From positions 10,369-74,368 of the forward strand of contig JADHWJ010000001.1 of assembly GCA_016783545.1 (NCBI GenBank): a stretch of 64,000 nucleotides of DNA, in the 5' to 3' direction. The position numbers and the translations under genes were made by a program. The DNA is from Candidatus Aenigmatarchaeota archaeon (GTDB taxonomy: Archaea; Aenigmatarchaeota; Aenigmatarchaeia; QMZP01). This document shows positions 18,901-28,559 of the stretch, in pieces (the first letter of the stretch is position 1; each line of letters starts with the position of its first letter). The notes below the pieces were generated by a model. That model made no database searches and was not told the origin of the DNA. It saw nothing but the letters and a program-made list of their open reading frames with translations.

Positions 18901-20810
18901 CACCATTTTATTTTCCTCATTCCAGATCCCCCAGCTTCATCGTGCGCTTCTATTTCAAATTCAACACCTGGGAGCACACTCTCTGGTGGTGTTATCACTG
19001 GTGCAATCTTATCTATCTGCACTATGACTGTGGCTGTCTCAAAGTTGTCAAAGCCGTCAGCCGCAGCAGAACAAATAATTACTTTGCTGCTAAGGTCATC
19101 TACTTTACCATCACTTTCATAGTATCCGGGGCTTGGGTATGGTTCTGAATAAGTAACTTTTTCAACATCTGTCCCGCTTAAGAAATCAGCCTTAGAGGGG
19201 CAGCTGACTTCCTTAAAACCAACATCTCTACAACCAACACCATTATCCGGGTCATCACATTTCACTTTAAAGTCTCTGTCAAGGTTGAACCATGGGGTTG
19301 TATCACCATCTTTATAGTTCTCTTTGGTCCCGTCACCATCCATGTCTATCTGGAGCTTGACATTTGGCTTTTCCCTTTCCAGTATTGTAAATTGCCCTTC
19401 AGCTTTGGGAGAACACTCGTGCCAGTAACTTCCCGGAGTATCTTCTGGTATCCTGTTGCAAGATTTCACTTCCCATTCATAATTACCGTATCCAAGCTCG
19501 TTTACATCGTATTTATGTTTGGCTTCATCGAAAACAGCTTCAGGGTCTGCTGGGTTTGGTGTAAAAATTCCTGGAACTATCACTTCCTTTATGTTTTTCA
19601 GGTAAAAATAATACGTGTCAACATAACTGCTATCACTAGCGCGCCACTGGAACTCAACATCCAGATTTCCAGTATCGTCTGTCACTTCCAGCTCGTTTGT
19701 TGGTGCTATTAAAGTTGGTAATTCAGGTACATAGTATTTGGTGATTTTTATCTTGAATGCCGGAGGACCGTAAGAGTCTAGGCCAAGTGAAATACCACCT
19801 GGGGTTTGACTATGCCCATAACTCCATGAAAAATAAAAATTAAAGTCAGTCCCGTCAGACGGGCTTGAAACGTATGGAAGTATTATAAAATATGAATCAA
19901 AATTATACTTCCCAAGGTCATTGGTGAGCCATAAGAAAGTTTTCCATGAAAACCAATCATCAAAATTGACTTGGCTTGGTTCATACTGGAGCCTGTATAT
20001 ATTATTTTCATTATGTGCAAAAGGAGCTGGGTCTGCCCTGAAAACAGTTGGATCTGCTTTCTTTGTGTTTATATTACTACCCCAGTCACTAAAAACTCCA
20101 TCATTGCAATAGTCCCTTCCCTTACACCAGCTTTTTGCTTGGTATTCAAAACCAACTATAGAACCAAGGATTTTATCTGTTGATATTTTAATCCTACATA
20201 ATCTACCTTCATGAATATAATCATGGTTTGCTTTGTTTACCCATTCACATACTTCACAATCATCAGTATCGCATACACAATATTTTTTACATCCATAATA
20301 AACGTCATCTCCACCATCACCTGTAACAGTTCCAGAATTAGCATTGCTTGGAACAAACTCAACCTCAACAGGAGTTGGAAGGTCAACCCATCCAGCATTT
20401 GCAATACCAGAGCTCAGAAGAAAGAAAAATAAAAAAAATATGGGAACATACCCTGCATTGTGATTTATAGCTCCACCCCTTCTGAGTTTTTTAGTAGCTA
20501 AGAAAATAACAAGAATAGCAATCAAAATAATCAATCCCCATAGAATGAATTCATTCCCTTCTACTGGTTCTTCAATTGTTCTGTTGGGTGCTCCAGATAC
20601 CTCTATCCTATTACCATTTTCATCAGCTATGAAATAGCGTTGGTTTTGCTCTATCTCTATACTATCTATTGGGACTTCACTAGAATTAGGAACACATGAA
20701 TCAAGTTCTTCCATATAGACGGTTCCAGTAGGGCAACTCAGCTCTTCAGCCTGAACAAAGACCATGAGCAAAAAAACCGTAAGCAAAAACGAAACTGTTA
20801 TAAATTTCAT
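15960..20810 (-). CDS. giant (1616 aa) Cys/Asp/Gly/Thr-rich cell-surface protein with a C-terminal TM anchor
   Basis: N-terminal signal peptide MKFITVSFLLTVFLLMVFVQA, then a second hydrophobic segment. Long beta-rich repeats follow, with many Cys pairs. The C-terminus FSIILLLILSVGIYKKRL is a TM anchor plus a basic tail. Confidence 0.6.
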   Translation of the reverse strand: MKFITVSFLLTVFLLMVFVQAEELSCPTGTVYMEELDSCVPNSSEVPIDSIEIEQNQRYFIADENGNRIEVSGAPNRTIEEPVEGNEFILWGLIILIAILVIFLATKKLRRGGAINHNAGYVPIFFLFFFLLSSGIANAGWVDLPTPVEVEFVPSNANSGTVTGDGGDDVYYGCKKYCVCDTDDCEVCEWVNKANHDYIHEGRLCRIKISTDKILGSIVGFEYQAKSWCKGRDYCNDGVFSDWGSNINTKKADPTVFRADPAPFAHNENNIYRLQYEPSQVNFDDWFSWKTFLWLTNDLGKYNFDSYFIILPYVSSPSDGTDFNFYFSWSYGHSQTPGGISLGLDSYGPPAFKIKITKYYVPELPTLIAPTNELEVTDDTGNLDVEFQWRASDSSYVDTYYFYLKNIKEVIVPGIFTPNPADPEAVFDEAKHKYDVNELGYGNYEWEVKSCNRIPEDTPGSYWHECSPKAEGQFTILEREKPNVKLQIDMDGDGTKENYKDGDTTPWFNLDRDFKVKCDDPDNGVGCRDVGFKEVSCPSKADFLSGTDVEKVTYSEPYPSPGYYESDGKVDDLSSKVIICSAAADGFDNFETATVIVQIDKIAPVITPPESVLPGVEFEIEAHDEAGGSGMRKIKWCQGDVLSDCTVSDAGNCAGTCDGVKGTINCPLINDEEAPDQGDPSCSDDTQTVPEGKKKVYRAIDVAGNPSDPVSTAGVVLEVDYGSDDVWINEDQDITVTVSSAYDIAATKMCIATSGDCEPLVDGVELTDPTLGYTKTMKGTYEYDYTNTLSEQEDLLNFGANDVSGSESNSVLTSVKIDITDPSIAAECCLGTGCDDDLCTRSDFVNVKITPSDGLSGIDKTRFCIYESDECTVDYNDNGCDLPESGVVEVKPPETVCGVTIVESSYIIKAITWDNADNSKEVTKSITIGTATGSIVYDGGFTQDTTLDITVTKSDQDSTGFKIFQRTATLANGVCGTYSERTQVGGLLTLFDEIIGVTGLESGKCYKFEADIIFTDFGVVTVSNTNEVKVDNQEPSFSLIVTPALYVEGLITWVADTFTMSWSGSDLGGSGFGITPISIESGSCSPATDPCTPTLGTPGLFGLGEIIVFDNLQNNYLYKFELIGTDRAGNTGEEEKSVGADLGPPTCVMGDDSPVTSSFTIPLTGTDDESGIKEFEIGLKEEGGTPLNIYSMCNYGSGDLTYILTADVDGNGDFSCNWAGDEGTYIFTCKPFDNVGNDGPLVSVEKRIVITPPTSFFTRLPDWINKITFPIQFGSGTPVDSFFVKYRYNPNPNRPGPETAWTRWFNLGEFTCTPDKCTEGSLTFDSDDEVGSDTDSYSFMFSLYSESDGLLEDVCDEDDVADPDCINRLMGTTIDVLPPEYTATFIDNIKAVVGWIIIPGNVGNVKMDIDASDSVSGVSVLKWTTGGDWNDCGSGDSWGGSVNCPIEILYETGLVKLNVELMDRAENYNNIEYSITTHPLAAFDSNYIVIRNGETYLLGVTIWELLGETQTIDLSLEDYDLAKFVESEGRVIEDIVLQPWERKRFFIEIPSRESGQDYKLKMIAVSDVFEFPPGEVFEDESEVRIDIGFPPGFSGLEEFSIILLLILSVGIYKKRL

Positions 20811-20888
20811 GTATTATATTTATTCTATTATTGTTAAATAAATCAATTAATTTTTATAAAGTGAATACCATCCAGTCTACTGAACCAA

Positions 20889-21549
20889 TGACTGGTGGTG
20901 GGTATGGGCTTAGTCCATACTATTAGTTCTCAATAAACAAAAAATAAAATGGGGAGTGAAACCTACCCCATTAATTAACAGACTTAATTACTTGTAGGTT
21001 TCGCTTTCTTATAAATCTTTGAGGTGGAAATATGTCAGAGTTTGTTAGAGGTAGCTCCAGCATTTTCAGGCTGGAGGCTCACATATCTTTTAAGGTCAAA
21101 TACTGTCATGATGTATTTGATATTATAGAATTCAAGGAAAGGTGCACTGAGCTGCTGCTGGAAGCAGCAGCTGGTATTGGTATTGAAGTAACAGAACTTG
21201 GCTACGATAGGAATCATGTACATTTAGATATTCGTTGGATGAGGATATGCCTGAGCGTTGACCAAATTTCAAAAAAGCTCAAGGGAACCACTGGAAGGAA
21301 ACTACTAAAAGAGTTTCCTGGTATCAAGAAAAGGTTCTTCTGGGGTTCAGGTCTATGGTCACCTGTTATATACGGTGACTCACTTGGCAAAGACCCAATT
21401 AATATGCATAACTATGTGGCTAACCAAGGAAAGAAAAGCAGCAAGTATACAACTACCTTGGTGAGGTTCTTTAACCAATAATACCACCGGTCTATAGTGA
21501 GCTCACTGATTTAACAGAGGCGAACGGTGACCGGTGGTTGAACCAATGT
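20889..21549 (+). mobile_element. IS200/IS605-family insertion sequence (IS200-type, tnpA only)
   Basis: The tnpA ORF is flanked by a stem-loop GTATGG-GCTTAGT-CCATAC at 20909-20927 and the perfect palindrome AGTGAGCTCACT at 21497-21508. A direct repeat GAACCAATG lies at both boundaries (20890-20898 and 21541-21549). Local GC is higher than the surroundings. Confidence 0.6.
21032..21481 (+). CDS. tnpA: IS200-like Y1 (HUH) transposase TnpA
   Basis: 149 aa with the HUH motif DRNHVHLDI and a C-terminal FWGSGLWSPVIYGDSLG...YVANQ, typical of IS200 TnpA. Confidence 0.8.
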   Translation: MSEFVRGSSSIFRLEAHISFKVKYCHDVFDIIEFKERCTELLLEAAAGIGIEVTELGYDRNHVHLDIRWMRICLSVDQISKKLKGTTGRKLLKEFPGIKKRFFWGSGLWSPVIYGDSLGKDPINMHNYVANQGKKSSKYTTTLVRFFNQ

Positions 21550-21579
21550 TTATAAGCATACATTGATTAATATATAATT

Positions 21580-23229
21580 ATGCAATATTGGGGAGTTTTA
21601 TTAGTCTTTTCTGCATTTTTTATAGCGCTTTCTATTCCAATATATGCCTTTGAGACCTGTTCTGTCAATGTTAAAAGCAAGTATAATCTTCAGCCGCTTG
21701 AAGGAATGCAAGCTGCTATACACGAAGAAAAACTCTTGGGGGCCAACCCATACTGTACCATAATAAATACTGATATGAGTGGCGATGCATCAATTTCCGT
21801 GCCTTGGTCTGTTTCAGGTGATTGCGATTCTGATAAGTGCACAAAATATGAAGCCGTGGCTTATTATCATGGCGAATATGAGACAAAGTCCTTTTCTTCT
21901 GCAGGGAAACTTTATTTCAAAGTGCCTGCTGGAAATATAGATGTTGAAGTCAGGCTTGTTGATAATGCTGGGAATATTGTAACCAGTGGAATAACATCGG
22001 TTTATTTAGGATATGGTGATGGCACTGTTAAGAACACACTCGATGCACAACCACCAACTCAAGGGATTCTTAATACAGTTGTTTATATACCACAGCCAAT
22101 GGGAACTCCGGTAGGTATACACCCAAACCCACAATTTCATTGCCAGGCAGGCATTGGGGACGGCTGTTTTAGGGATATATACACAATGGCAGAGTTGGAT
22201 GATGGGAGTTTCACAAACTGGGAAAAGCTAAGCAGGGTCAATTGGCAAACAATAAACGCTAAGCTATATAAGGAGATAGAGGTAGCCCAAGGAGGCACTG
22301 TTAGTTGCACTGGTGGAACAGGTGAGATAGAAATAGATCTGAAGAGCATAAGAGGGAACAACATAGCTTCTGAAGGTTATAGTTTTAGAATGGTTTGTAA
22401 GTATAAGAGCGGTTTTTTTGGGCAAACTCAGACAGAAGAGCTCAGCCCGGTTTCAGGTACCAGCAGATTTACTGGATTAAAAACAAATTCGGATTTTGAA
22501 TACAGCTATGAAGTTATGTATGGTGCCACTTCAAAGCAGAGAAACAGCGACCTGTCAACAGTGATTGGTAAGGGCAATGCTGGGAGTTTTCCAACAGGCC
22601 AAGACAAAATGAGTCATGAGTATATAGTGAAACCTGATTGTAAGATGTATTGCATTGAAAAGGATCAGGGTACAATTGAGGGCTTGGTTGCCTATATCAT
22701 TGATCCTTTAAGCGAATTAGGTCTTATTGATAAAATTTTAGGCTCGATCATCAATGCCATTACATTTGGACTGACACCAGGTCCGCAGCCAATTAATATA
22801 ATAACTGATATTCTCGGAAACATTGCACATATTGTTGATGCTGTCACATTTGGAAATTTTGGATCAAAGAATTGCAAGCCATTGGAAGACCTTACAGAGG
22901 CTCAAACCGTTGATTATCTAACTACTATCAGGGATACTGTGCTAAAGGATGATGCTGCGCTGACATATTGTTCAATAGAGATTGATGTTAAAGAGGAAAG
23001 TTATGATAAGGAAAATAATGAAGGGAAATATAAGATAGAAATGAACTCAGAGCCAAGGACAGACGACCTGATGAGGGCGATATTCTATTGCCATTTATTG
23101 GGATGCTTTGATTCTGGTGATAGTGAAAGTGGGAGAAAAAATGATGTAGTGCCCGGTAAATGCACACCACCAACTTGTGAATGTCCCCCAGATTCACCAA
23201 ATGAATGTGCGATAAGATGTTGCACTTAA
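21580..23229 (+). CDS. secreted Cys-rich protein (Sec signal peptide)
   Basis: Signal peptide MQYWGVLLVFSAFFIALSIPIYA. The tail is Cys-rich: GKCTPPTCECPPDSPNECAIRCCT. Confidence 0.5.
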   Translation: MQYWGVLLVFSAFFIALSIPIYAFETCSVNVKSKYNLQPLEGMQAAIHEEKLLGANPYCTIINTDMSGDASISVPWSVSGDCDSDKCTKYEAVAYYHGEYETKSFSSAGKLYFKVPAGNIDVEVRLVDNAGNIVTSGITSVYLGYGDGTVKNTLDAQPPTQGILNTVVYIPQPMGTPVGIHPNPQFHCQAGIGDGCFRDIYTMAELDDGSFTNWEKLSRVNWQTINAKLYKEIEVAQGGTVSCTGGTGEIEIDLKSIRGNNIASEGYSFRMVCKYKSGFFGQTQTEELSPVSGTSRFTGLKTNSDFEYSYEVMYGATSKQRNSDLSTVIGKGNAGSFPTGQDKMSHEYIVKPDCKMYCIEKDQGTIEGLVAYIIDPLSELGLIDKILGSIINAITFGLTPGPQPINIITDILGNIAHIVDAVTFGNFGSKNCKPLEDLTEAQTVDYLTTIRDTVLKDDAALTYCSIEIDVKEESYDKENNEGKYKIEMNSEPRTDDLMRAIFYCHLLGCFDSGDSESGRKNDVVPGKCTPPTCECPPDSPNECAIRCCT

Positions 23230-23231
23230 CT

Positions 23232-26200
23232 ATGAACAAAAAAATTAAAGCCCAAGTGGAAATATTGACAATAGTTTTAGTAGCTGCAGGAATAATTGTA
23301 GCTGTAGTGTATGGTGGGACAATGGAAGAGCCGAAAGGAAAATTTGTAGAATCAGCTATAATATCCCTCCAAAATACAATGTGTACAGACCCTGCTAATG
23401 CATATTCATTCTCTGGTGGTGTTAGAACCACATGTACATGTTATCTTGCTTTTCAGCCATACGCAACTTCGTTTTCCACTGCCTATCCTGTTGATGTTGA
23501 ATATCTGGGCCTTGTATGGGAGGGCGCTGAAGGATTCTGTTATGGGCTTCAAATAATACCAGAAGGTGCTGAGCCTGGAATAATGCCACCCGGTGGCGGA
23601 GTAACTCCCCCATCAGGTGAATGCCCTGGTTATGATTGTTCCCCTCATGATGCAAGCAGAGTTAGTAAAAAATTCACTGTTAGCTATAACATCCATCCTA
23701 ATAAAGACAAGAATAATATATTTGGTAATTTGATGGCTAAAGTGAGAATATTGGATGAAAATAGCCCTCCTAATGAAATAGAAATCCTCGATGATGCTGA
23801 TGTTAGTATTGACATACCCAGTAGCTGCAATGCTGTTGGTTCATTAGACTGCAAAGTGGAAGTTTATGTTGATAATCCAGATCCATCGCATATGAAAGAT
23901 GGATATGCTTGGATGTTTTATTTGGGCCAGGCAGCTAAAATTGCTAAAACAGATTGTGATAGTAGCGGAGCATGTGATGGAATAGACTGGGCCGATGGCG
24001 ACGATGTTGATATAGTGGGATTTGAATTTCCAACTTCTACGTTGCCGGTGTTCCCCTTTGGCATGCAGCCAGGAACATTTGAGAGAGCTTTTGATGGTGT
24101 TGAAATCAGAGATTTATGCCTTGAATGGCCTGTTACTGACGGTGAAAGGCTGGAACCAATAACCATTGGTCCCTATTCTGATCCAGTATGTAATTGTAAA
24201 AATCCAGGAGATGGTCCTTATGAGGGATTCCAGAAAGAAGAGAGTGGTAGTGCTCAATGCGTTGAAATTGTTGACACCGGATATGTTAGATTTGAAGACT
24301 ATAACGATGTGGAAACATACGTGTTTTCAAGGGGGGAGAACATGTTCTGCACTGCCCGTATAGACACTTTTAATGATATTGAACCTGTTAATCCAAAAAT
24401 AGAAATTTTAATGGTTAAGGAAGGAGATATTGACAACCCTTTGACAAAAAGCGGCGAAGATGGTAATCCAACCTGTAATTTTAATGAGGACTGTGTAATA
24501 GGATATGATACCCTTGGGATAACAGATTTCAGTTCAGGTCCTGTTAACATTGAGTGTTATGTGAAATACAGCTTTGATGCATGGAATTCCAGGGAATATA
24601 AGAGCATGCCTGAAATGATGTTCCTTAATGGTCCAACCGCTGTTCATCATGTCCCACTGCCCAGTGCGCAGGTTTTCCCATGCCCTGATAAAACCTTAGC
24701 ACAACCTTATCCTAATCCAGAAATACCCGAACTTGGAGAGGAATATTGTGTGTGTGTGGAGAGTGTAACAGTTCCTGATGGAACGTTAGATTTAGATGGT
24801 ACATACGGGCCTGATATGAAGTGTCATATATTACCAATACTCCCAAGTACTATTTTTTATGACGAAGATGGGAATAAAAGGGGAAAAGTCCCGAAAGGCG
24901 ATGTAAGTGTTATAGTGGAGGGAGAAAAATACAAAGACAGTGATGATGTGATTGCCAGGGGATATTTTTATGGCAGGTACGTTTCAGATGATACTGTTAC
25001 ACCACCTGTTGACTGTGAAACAACAATCAATATTAAAAGAATACGTACCGACGCTTCCGGAGCTGAGCAAACAGAGGATTTTGAAGGTACTGATAACTGC
25101 TGCGATGCTAATGAAATATGCGAATTAACTTTCCTTGACGCTGAAACAGAACCATTTGACAAATTTGAGGCCTACATGGCATACAAATTCAAGGTTTGGG
25201 ACGGTGTTAATGAGATTCCAATAACAGGGTACATAGAAGGCGACACTTTAGCCATGGGAATAGGTGACACGTCAGAGGCAGAAGTTGCTCCCTGTCCGGA
25301 TGGATTTGAAACATCTATATATACAGATGCTGTTGGTATTGGTTATAACATATGCATTTGTGGTGATCAGAACGAAGGCTTTACAAGACCAAAGATAGGT
25401 GACGATGATGGTGTTTGCGTCAAGTCAGATATTGAAAATATGAGGTATGGAGATCTTTACACAGAAGAAATCATAGGATTTATGCCTGCTGGTGGTAACT
25501 ATTACACATCTGAAATTCAACCAAAATGTATAGCAGATATTGAAATTGAGAACGGGGAGATAGACAGTGATACTATTGTAGAAGTGAAAGGATTTTTGGA
25601 AGCGGTTGAATATGGGGATGATACTGTAGTGCAGGATTATACTCAAATGTGTGATATTTCACAAGCTGAATGCACTGTTAGTCTTTCTCCACAATCTAAA
25701 TTTCTGTATACAAAATGCAAGTTTAATGAGGATATTTTAACTTGGAGTGGAAAAGCAGACATAACAATTAGAAAACCTATTCAATTTCAACAAATCCAAC
25801 CAGAAGAAAGTATAATGATTATACCGGTTGGTTATATTAAGGGAACTATAAAAGGATGTAGAGATGTTAAAGGAGTTAGAACATGCGCAGAATTGGAAGA
25901 TGTTGAAATAAAATTAATTAGCAGCCAGGTAAATCCACATAAGGTGTGTAATGAATTCCCATGTAATGAAATAGCTGGCGTAACCGATGCAAACGGAAAC
26001 TTTGATATCGGGCCGATATATTCCCAATTTGATGATACTGATAAATTCCTTTTCAGGTTGATGGTTAACTCAGGTGGCATGGAATATTTCTGGGACGGTA
26101 ACCAAATAATGAATGATACTATCTGGGAGACGTTTAATATCCCTTTGAATAGTTATAAAGATTTTGGTGTTTTGGAAATTGAAATGCCTCCGTGCAAAAA

Positions 26201-26558
26201 ACTGCAGGAGATCGGAGAAGGTAAGGATAAAATGGAAGATTTAATTGATGAATTCAATAGTTGCTTGAATAACAATGCATGTAAAATGTTCTGCCAGCCT
26301 AGTTTAAACATAAAAGACGAATATAAAATGAATCTTGGGTCATTAACAACTGTTGTTGATTCAGTCCTGGACGCTCCAATAGTATTATATCAGAGACTTT
26401 TGCTGGGAGTGGTTGACAAGGTAAGATTGATAACTTTCAATAAAGTACCGGTTGTTTCAGCACTCAAAAGTTATATTAATTTATTCACACCCTATCTTAT
26501 TTGGCATGGGGATTTTGAGCTTATTGAAAGAAATAAGAGTTGGTGGCAGATATGGTAG
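23232..26558 (+). CDS. large (about 1100 aa) surface protein with a pilin-like class III signal peptide
   Basis: MNKKIKA|QVEILTIVLVAAGIIVAVV has a basic n-region, then K-A, then Q and E, then a 20-aa hydrophobic stretch, matching archaeal prepilin-peptidase substrates. The body is Cys/Asp/Gly-rich. Confidence 0.5.
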   Translation: MNKKIKAQVEILTIVLVAAGIIVAVVYGGTMEEPKGKFVESAIISLQNTMCTDPANAYSFSGGVRTTCTCYLAFQPYATSFSTAYPVDVEYLGLVWEGAEGFCYGLQIIPEGAEPGIMPPGGGVTPPSGECPGYDCSPHDASRVSKKFTVSYNIHPNKDKNNIFGNLMAKVRILDENSPPNEIEILDDADVSIDIPSSCNAVGSLDCKVEVYVDNPDPSHMKDGYAWMFYLGQAAKIAKTDCDSSGACDGIDWADGDDVDIVGFEFPTSTLPVFPFGMQPGTFERAFDGVEIRDLCLEWPVTDGERLEPITIGPYSDPVCNCKNPGDGPYEGFQKEESGSAQCVEIVDTGYVRFEDYNDVETYVFSRGENMFCTARIDTFNDIEPVNPKIEILMVKEGDIDNPLTKSGEDGNPTCNFNEDCVIGYDTLGITDFSSGPVNIECYVKYSFDAWNSREYKSMPEMMFLNGPTAVHHVPLPSAQVFPCPDKTLAQPYPNPEIPELGEEYCVCVESVTVPDGTLDLDGTYGPDMKCHILPILPSTIFYDEDGNKRGKVPKGDVSVIVEGEKYKDSDDVIARGYFYGRYVSDDTVTPPVDCETTINIKRIRTDASGAEQTEDFEGTDNCCDANEICELTFLDAETEPFDKFEAYMAYKFKVWDGVNEIPITGYIEGDTLAMGIGDTSEAEVAPCPDGFETSIYTDAVGIGYNICICGDQNEGFTRPKIGDDDGVCVKSDIENMRYGDLYTEEIIGFMPAGGNYYTSEIQPKCIADIEIENGEIDSDTIVEVKGFLEAVEYGDDTVVQDYTQMCDISQAECTVSLSPQSKFLYTKCKFNEDILTWSGKADITIRKPIQFQQIQPEESIMIIPVGYIKGTIKGCRDVKGVRTCAELEDVEIKLISSQVNPHKVCNEFPCNEIAGVTDANGNFDIGPIYSQFDDTDKFLFRLMVNSGGMEYFWDGNQIMNDTIWETFNIPLNSYKDFGVLEIEMPPCKKLQEIGEGKDKMEDLIDEFNSCLNNNACKMFCQPSLNIKDEYKMNLGSLTTVVDSVLDAPIVLYQRLLLGVVDKVRLITFNKVPVVSALKSYINLFTPYLIWHGDFELIERNKSWWQIW

Positions 26559-28534
26559 TCTATAAAAAAGCAAACAAGAAAGGAAATATATTTCTTTTAG
26601 TGTTTACTGTAACTATATTATTATCATTTCAAGCAGTATTTGCGCAGCCAGATCTTTGGGTTTATATAACCATAGAAGAAAACCCGGTAAATGCCAGCAT
26701 TAACATACCAATATACATAGCTAATATGGGAAACGAAACAGCAGAAAGTGTAACTTTGAGAATAGAAGACTTTAGTATTATTTCAGAAGAAACCCTTATC
26801 ACAGTCCAAGATATAGTTCCAATAGAACCTGGTGTGGTTGAACTGCTAAACTATGAAGTGAATGAAAGCGGAAAGCATATGATATCAATAATTGCAGACA
26901 CAACAGATGAAAAGTCTGCTATAGACAATTGGCTTCTTCTCTTCCCGACAAAAATCATTGAAGGAAAAGATCTTAGGGTGGAGCTTTCAGATCTTGATGA
27001 AGAGTATGTTGAAGACAGTATAGCTGGAGTTAGGGTTTGGCTGGTAAATATTGGCAACCAGGATTTGAGTAATGTAGTGGCGGACCTGTCAATTACAAAT
27101 AATGACACAACAGAATCCATATGGAATGCGACAGTAGATATTATTCAAAGCGGTTCATATGATGAGCTTGTTAGATGGATACCATCAGGTGGAGAGAGTA
27201 CAATCACTTTAACTGCAACTGTTGATGGTGATGTTAACCTTACAAACAATGTGGATGTAATAGGGGCTTCTACAACTGCTTTGATGGGTGTGAATTTTAC
27301 CTTAACAGACAATGAAGGAAATGGTATAAACCAAACCGTGGAGTTTGAAGACCATTATAGGATTAATAACGAAGAAAATGTTCTGATATTGGTGCCAAAC
27401 AAAACACAAAAAATAATATCTGAGACAAAGGTTGGTTCAGAAATCAATGAAATAAAGTTCCTTGGTTCAAATCCAAGCGAAATGATGGAACTTGTTTTTG
27501 AAAAAAACAATGGCAAGTCATTTGCCGGTAAATATTTCTATCAGATTTATTCATTCAGGCCAAGCTGGGATTATTTAGGTATGGAGATTGTATTTAATTC
27601 TTATCAAAGAGCAAAAAAAGATGAATTCTCAATATATGCATGCTCTGAATGGGATTGGGCAGGAAAGGACTGCAATAGCCAATGGGAAGAGCTGGAAACT
27701 TTGCAGGGTTCCATAAAGGGTGTGGTTGATGATGCAGAAGCTGTTGCTCTGCTGGGCCCTAATTGTGGTAATGGGATATGCGATTCAGGGGAAAGCAGTG
27801 CCAATTGTAGAGAGGACTGTCCACCAGCTATAACAGGGGGACCAGGTAGCTCACCAGGAACAAGTCCTGGGACAGGACCAGGACTTCCAAGCCAGCAACA
27901 AAAAAGCAAATCAGTGACAATCTCAGGTATAGGTGAGGTATCGCTTAATATAACAGCAAGGACAGTTGGTGAAGTAACTATAGAACAGAGAGAAGCGCCT
28001 GCAGTTCAGCCATCTGGAGTTGTTTATACCTATCTGAACATAGATCCAAACGCAGTAAATGTTGTATCAGCAGAGATAAGATTCCAGGTAAGCAAAGAAT
28101 GGATATCAGACAACGAAATAAACAGCAATATGATTAATCTCTTGGAATTCAAAGACAACAAATGGATTGCTCTGGATACTACGCAGACAGGCCAAACAGA
28201 TAGTTATTTGGAATACAAAGCAACTGTAGAAGGGTTTTCAATATTTGCAATATCGGGTGAAAAGATTGCTAATGTATGTGAAGAAGGAAAACTTTGCACA
28301 GAATTCAAGCTGATGAAATGCGAAAACAATGAATGGGAAATAGAAAAGGCATGCATATACGGATGCAACAATGAAACACTCGATTGTAATCCATTACCAA
28401 AAGAAAAACTGACACAGAAACTGCCTAAAATAATAGAGGATTATTCTCTCTATATAATCATAATAATTATAATTGCGGCTGCACTTGGGATAGCTGTGTT
28501 AAAATTTGGATTCTTTGGAAAGAAGAGAAGATAA
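26540..28534 (+). CDS. cell-surface protein with Sec signal, Pro/Gly/Ser linker and C-terminal TM anchor
   Basis: Signal peptide ...FLLVFTVTILLSFQAVFA|Q. It contains a CGNGICDSGESSANCREDC module, a PGSSPGTSPGTGPGLP linker, and the C-terminus IIIIIIIAAALGIAVLKFGFFGKKRR. The start may instead be the ATG at 26552. Confidence 0.5.
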   Translation: MVADMVVYKKANKKGNIFLLVFTVTILLSFQAVFAQPDLWVYITIEENPVNASINIPIYIANMGNETAESVTLRIEDFSIISEETLITVQDIVPIEPGVVELLNYEVNESGKHMISIIADTTDEKSAIDNWLLLFPTKIIEGKDLRVELSDLDEEYVEDSIAGVRVWLVNIGNQDLSNVVADLSITNNDTTESIWNATVDIIQSGSYDELVRWIPSGGESTITLTATVDGDVNLTNNVDVIGASTTALMGVNFTLTDNEGNGINQTVEFEDHYRINNEENVLILVPNKTQKIISETKVGSEINEIKFLGSNPSEMMELVFEKNNGKSFAGKYFYQIYSFRPSWDYLGMEIVFNSYQRAKKDEFSIYACSEWDWAGKDCNSQWEELETLQGSIKGVVDDAEAVALLGPNCGNGICDSGESSANCREDCPPAITGGPGSSPGTSPGTGPGLPSQQQKSKSVTISGIGEVSLNITARTVGEVTIEQREAPAVQPSGVVYTYLNIDPNAVNVVSAEIRFQVSKEWISDNEINSNMINLLEFKDNKWIALDTTQTGQTDSYLEYKATVEGFSIFAISGEKIANVCEEGKLCTEFKLMKCENNEWEIEKACIYGCNNETLDCNPLPKEKLTQKLPKIIEDYSLYIIIIIIIAAALGIAVLKFGFFGKKRR

Positions 28535-28559
28535 ATATATAGAAAACCAATAGTTATCA

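Noticed and set aside
16444-20432. Many 60-120 aa plus-strand ORFs (for example 16444-16782, 16858-17229, 18677-19027, 19392-19712) inside the 1616-aa surface-protein gene
   Set aside because: They are entirely antisense to a long, compositionally coherent ORF. They are Ser/Pro/Leu-rich, as expected for antisense of a Gly/Asp/Thr-rich frame, and lack starts with any upstream context.
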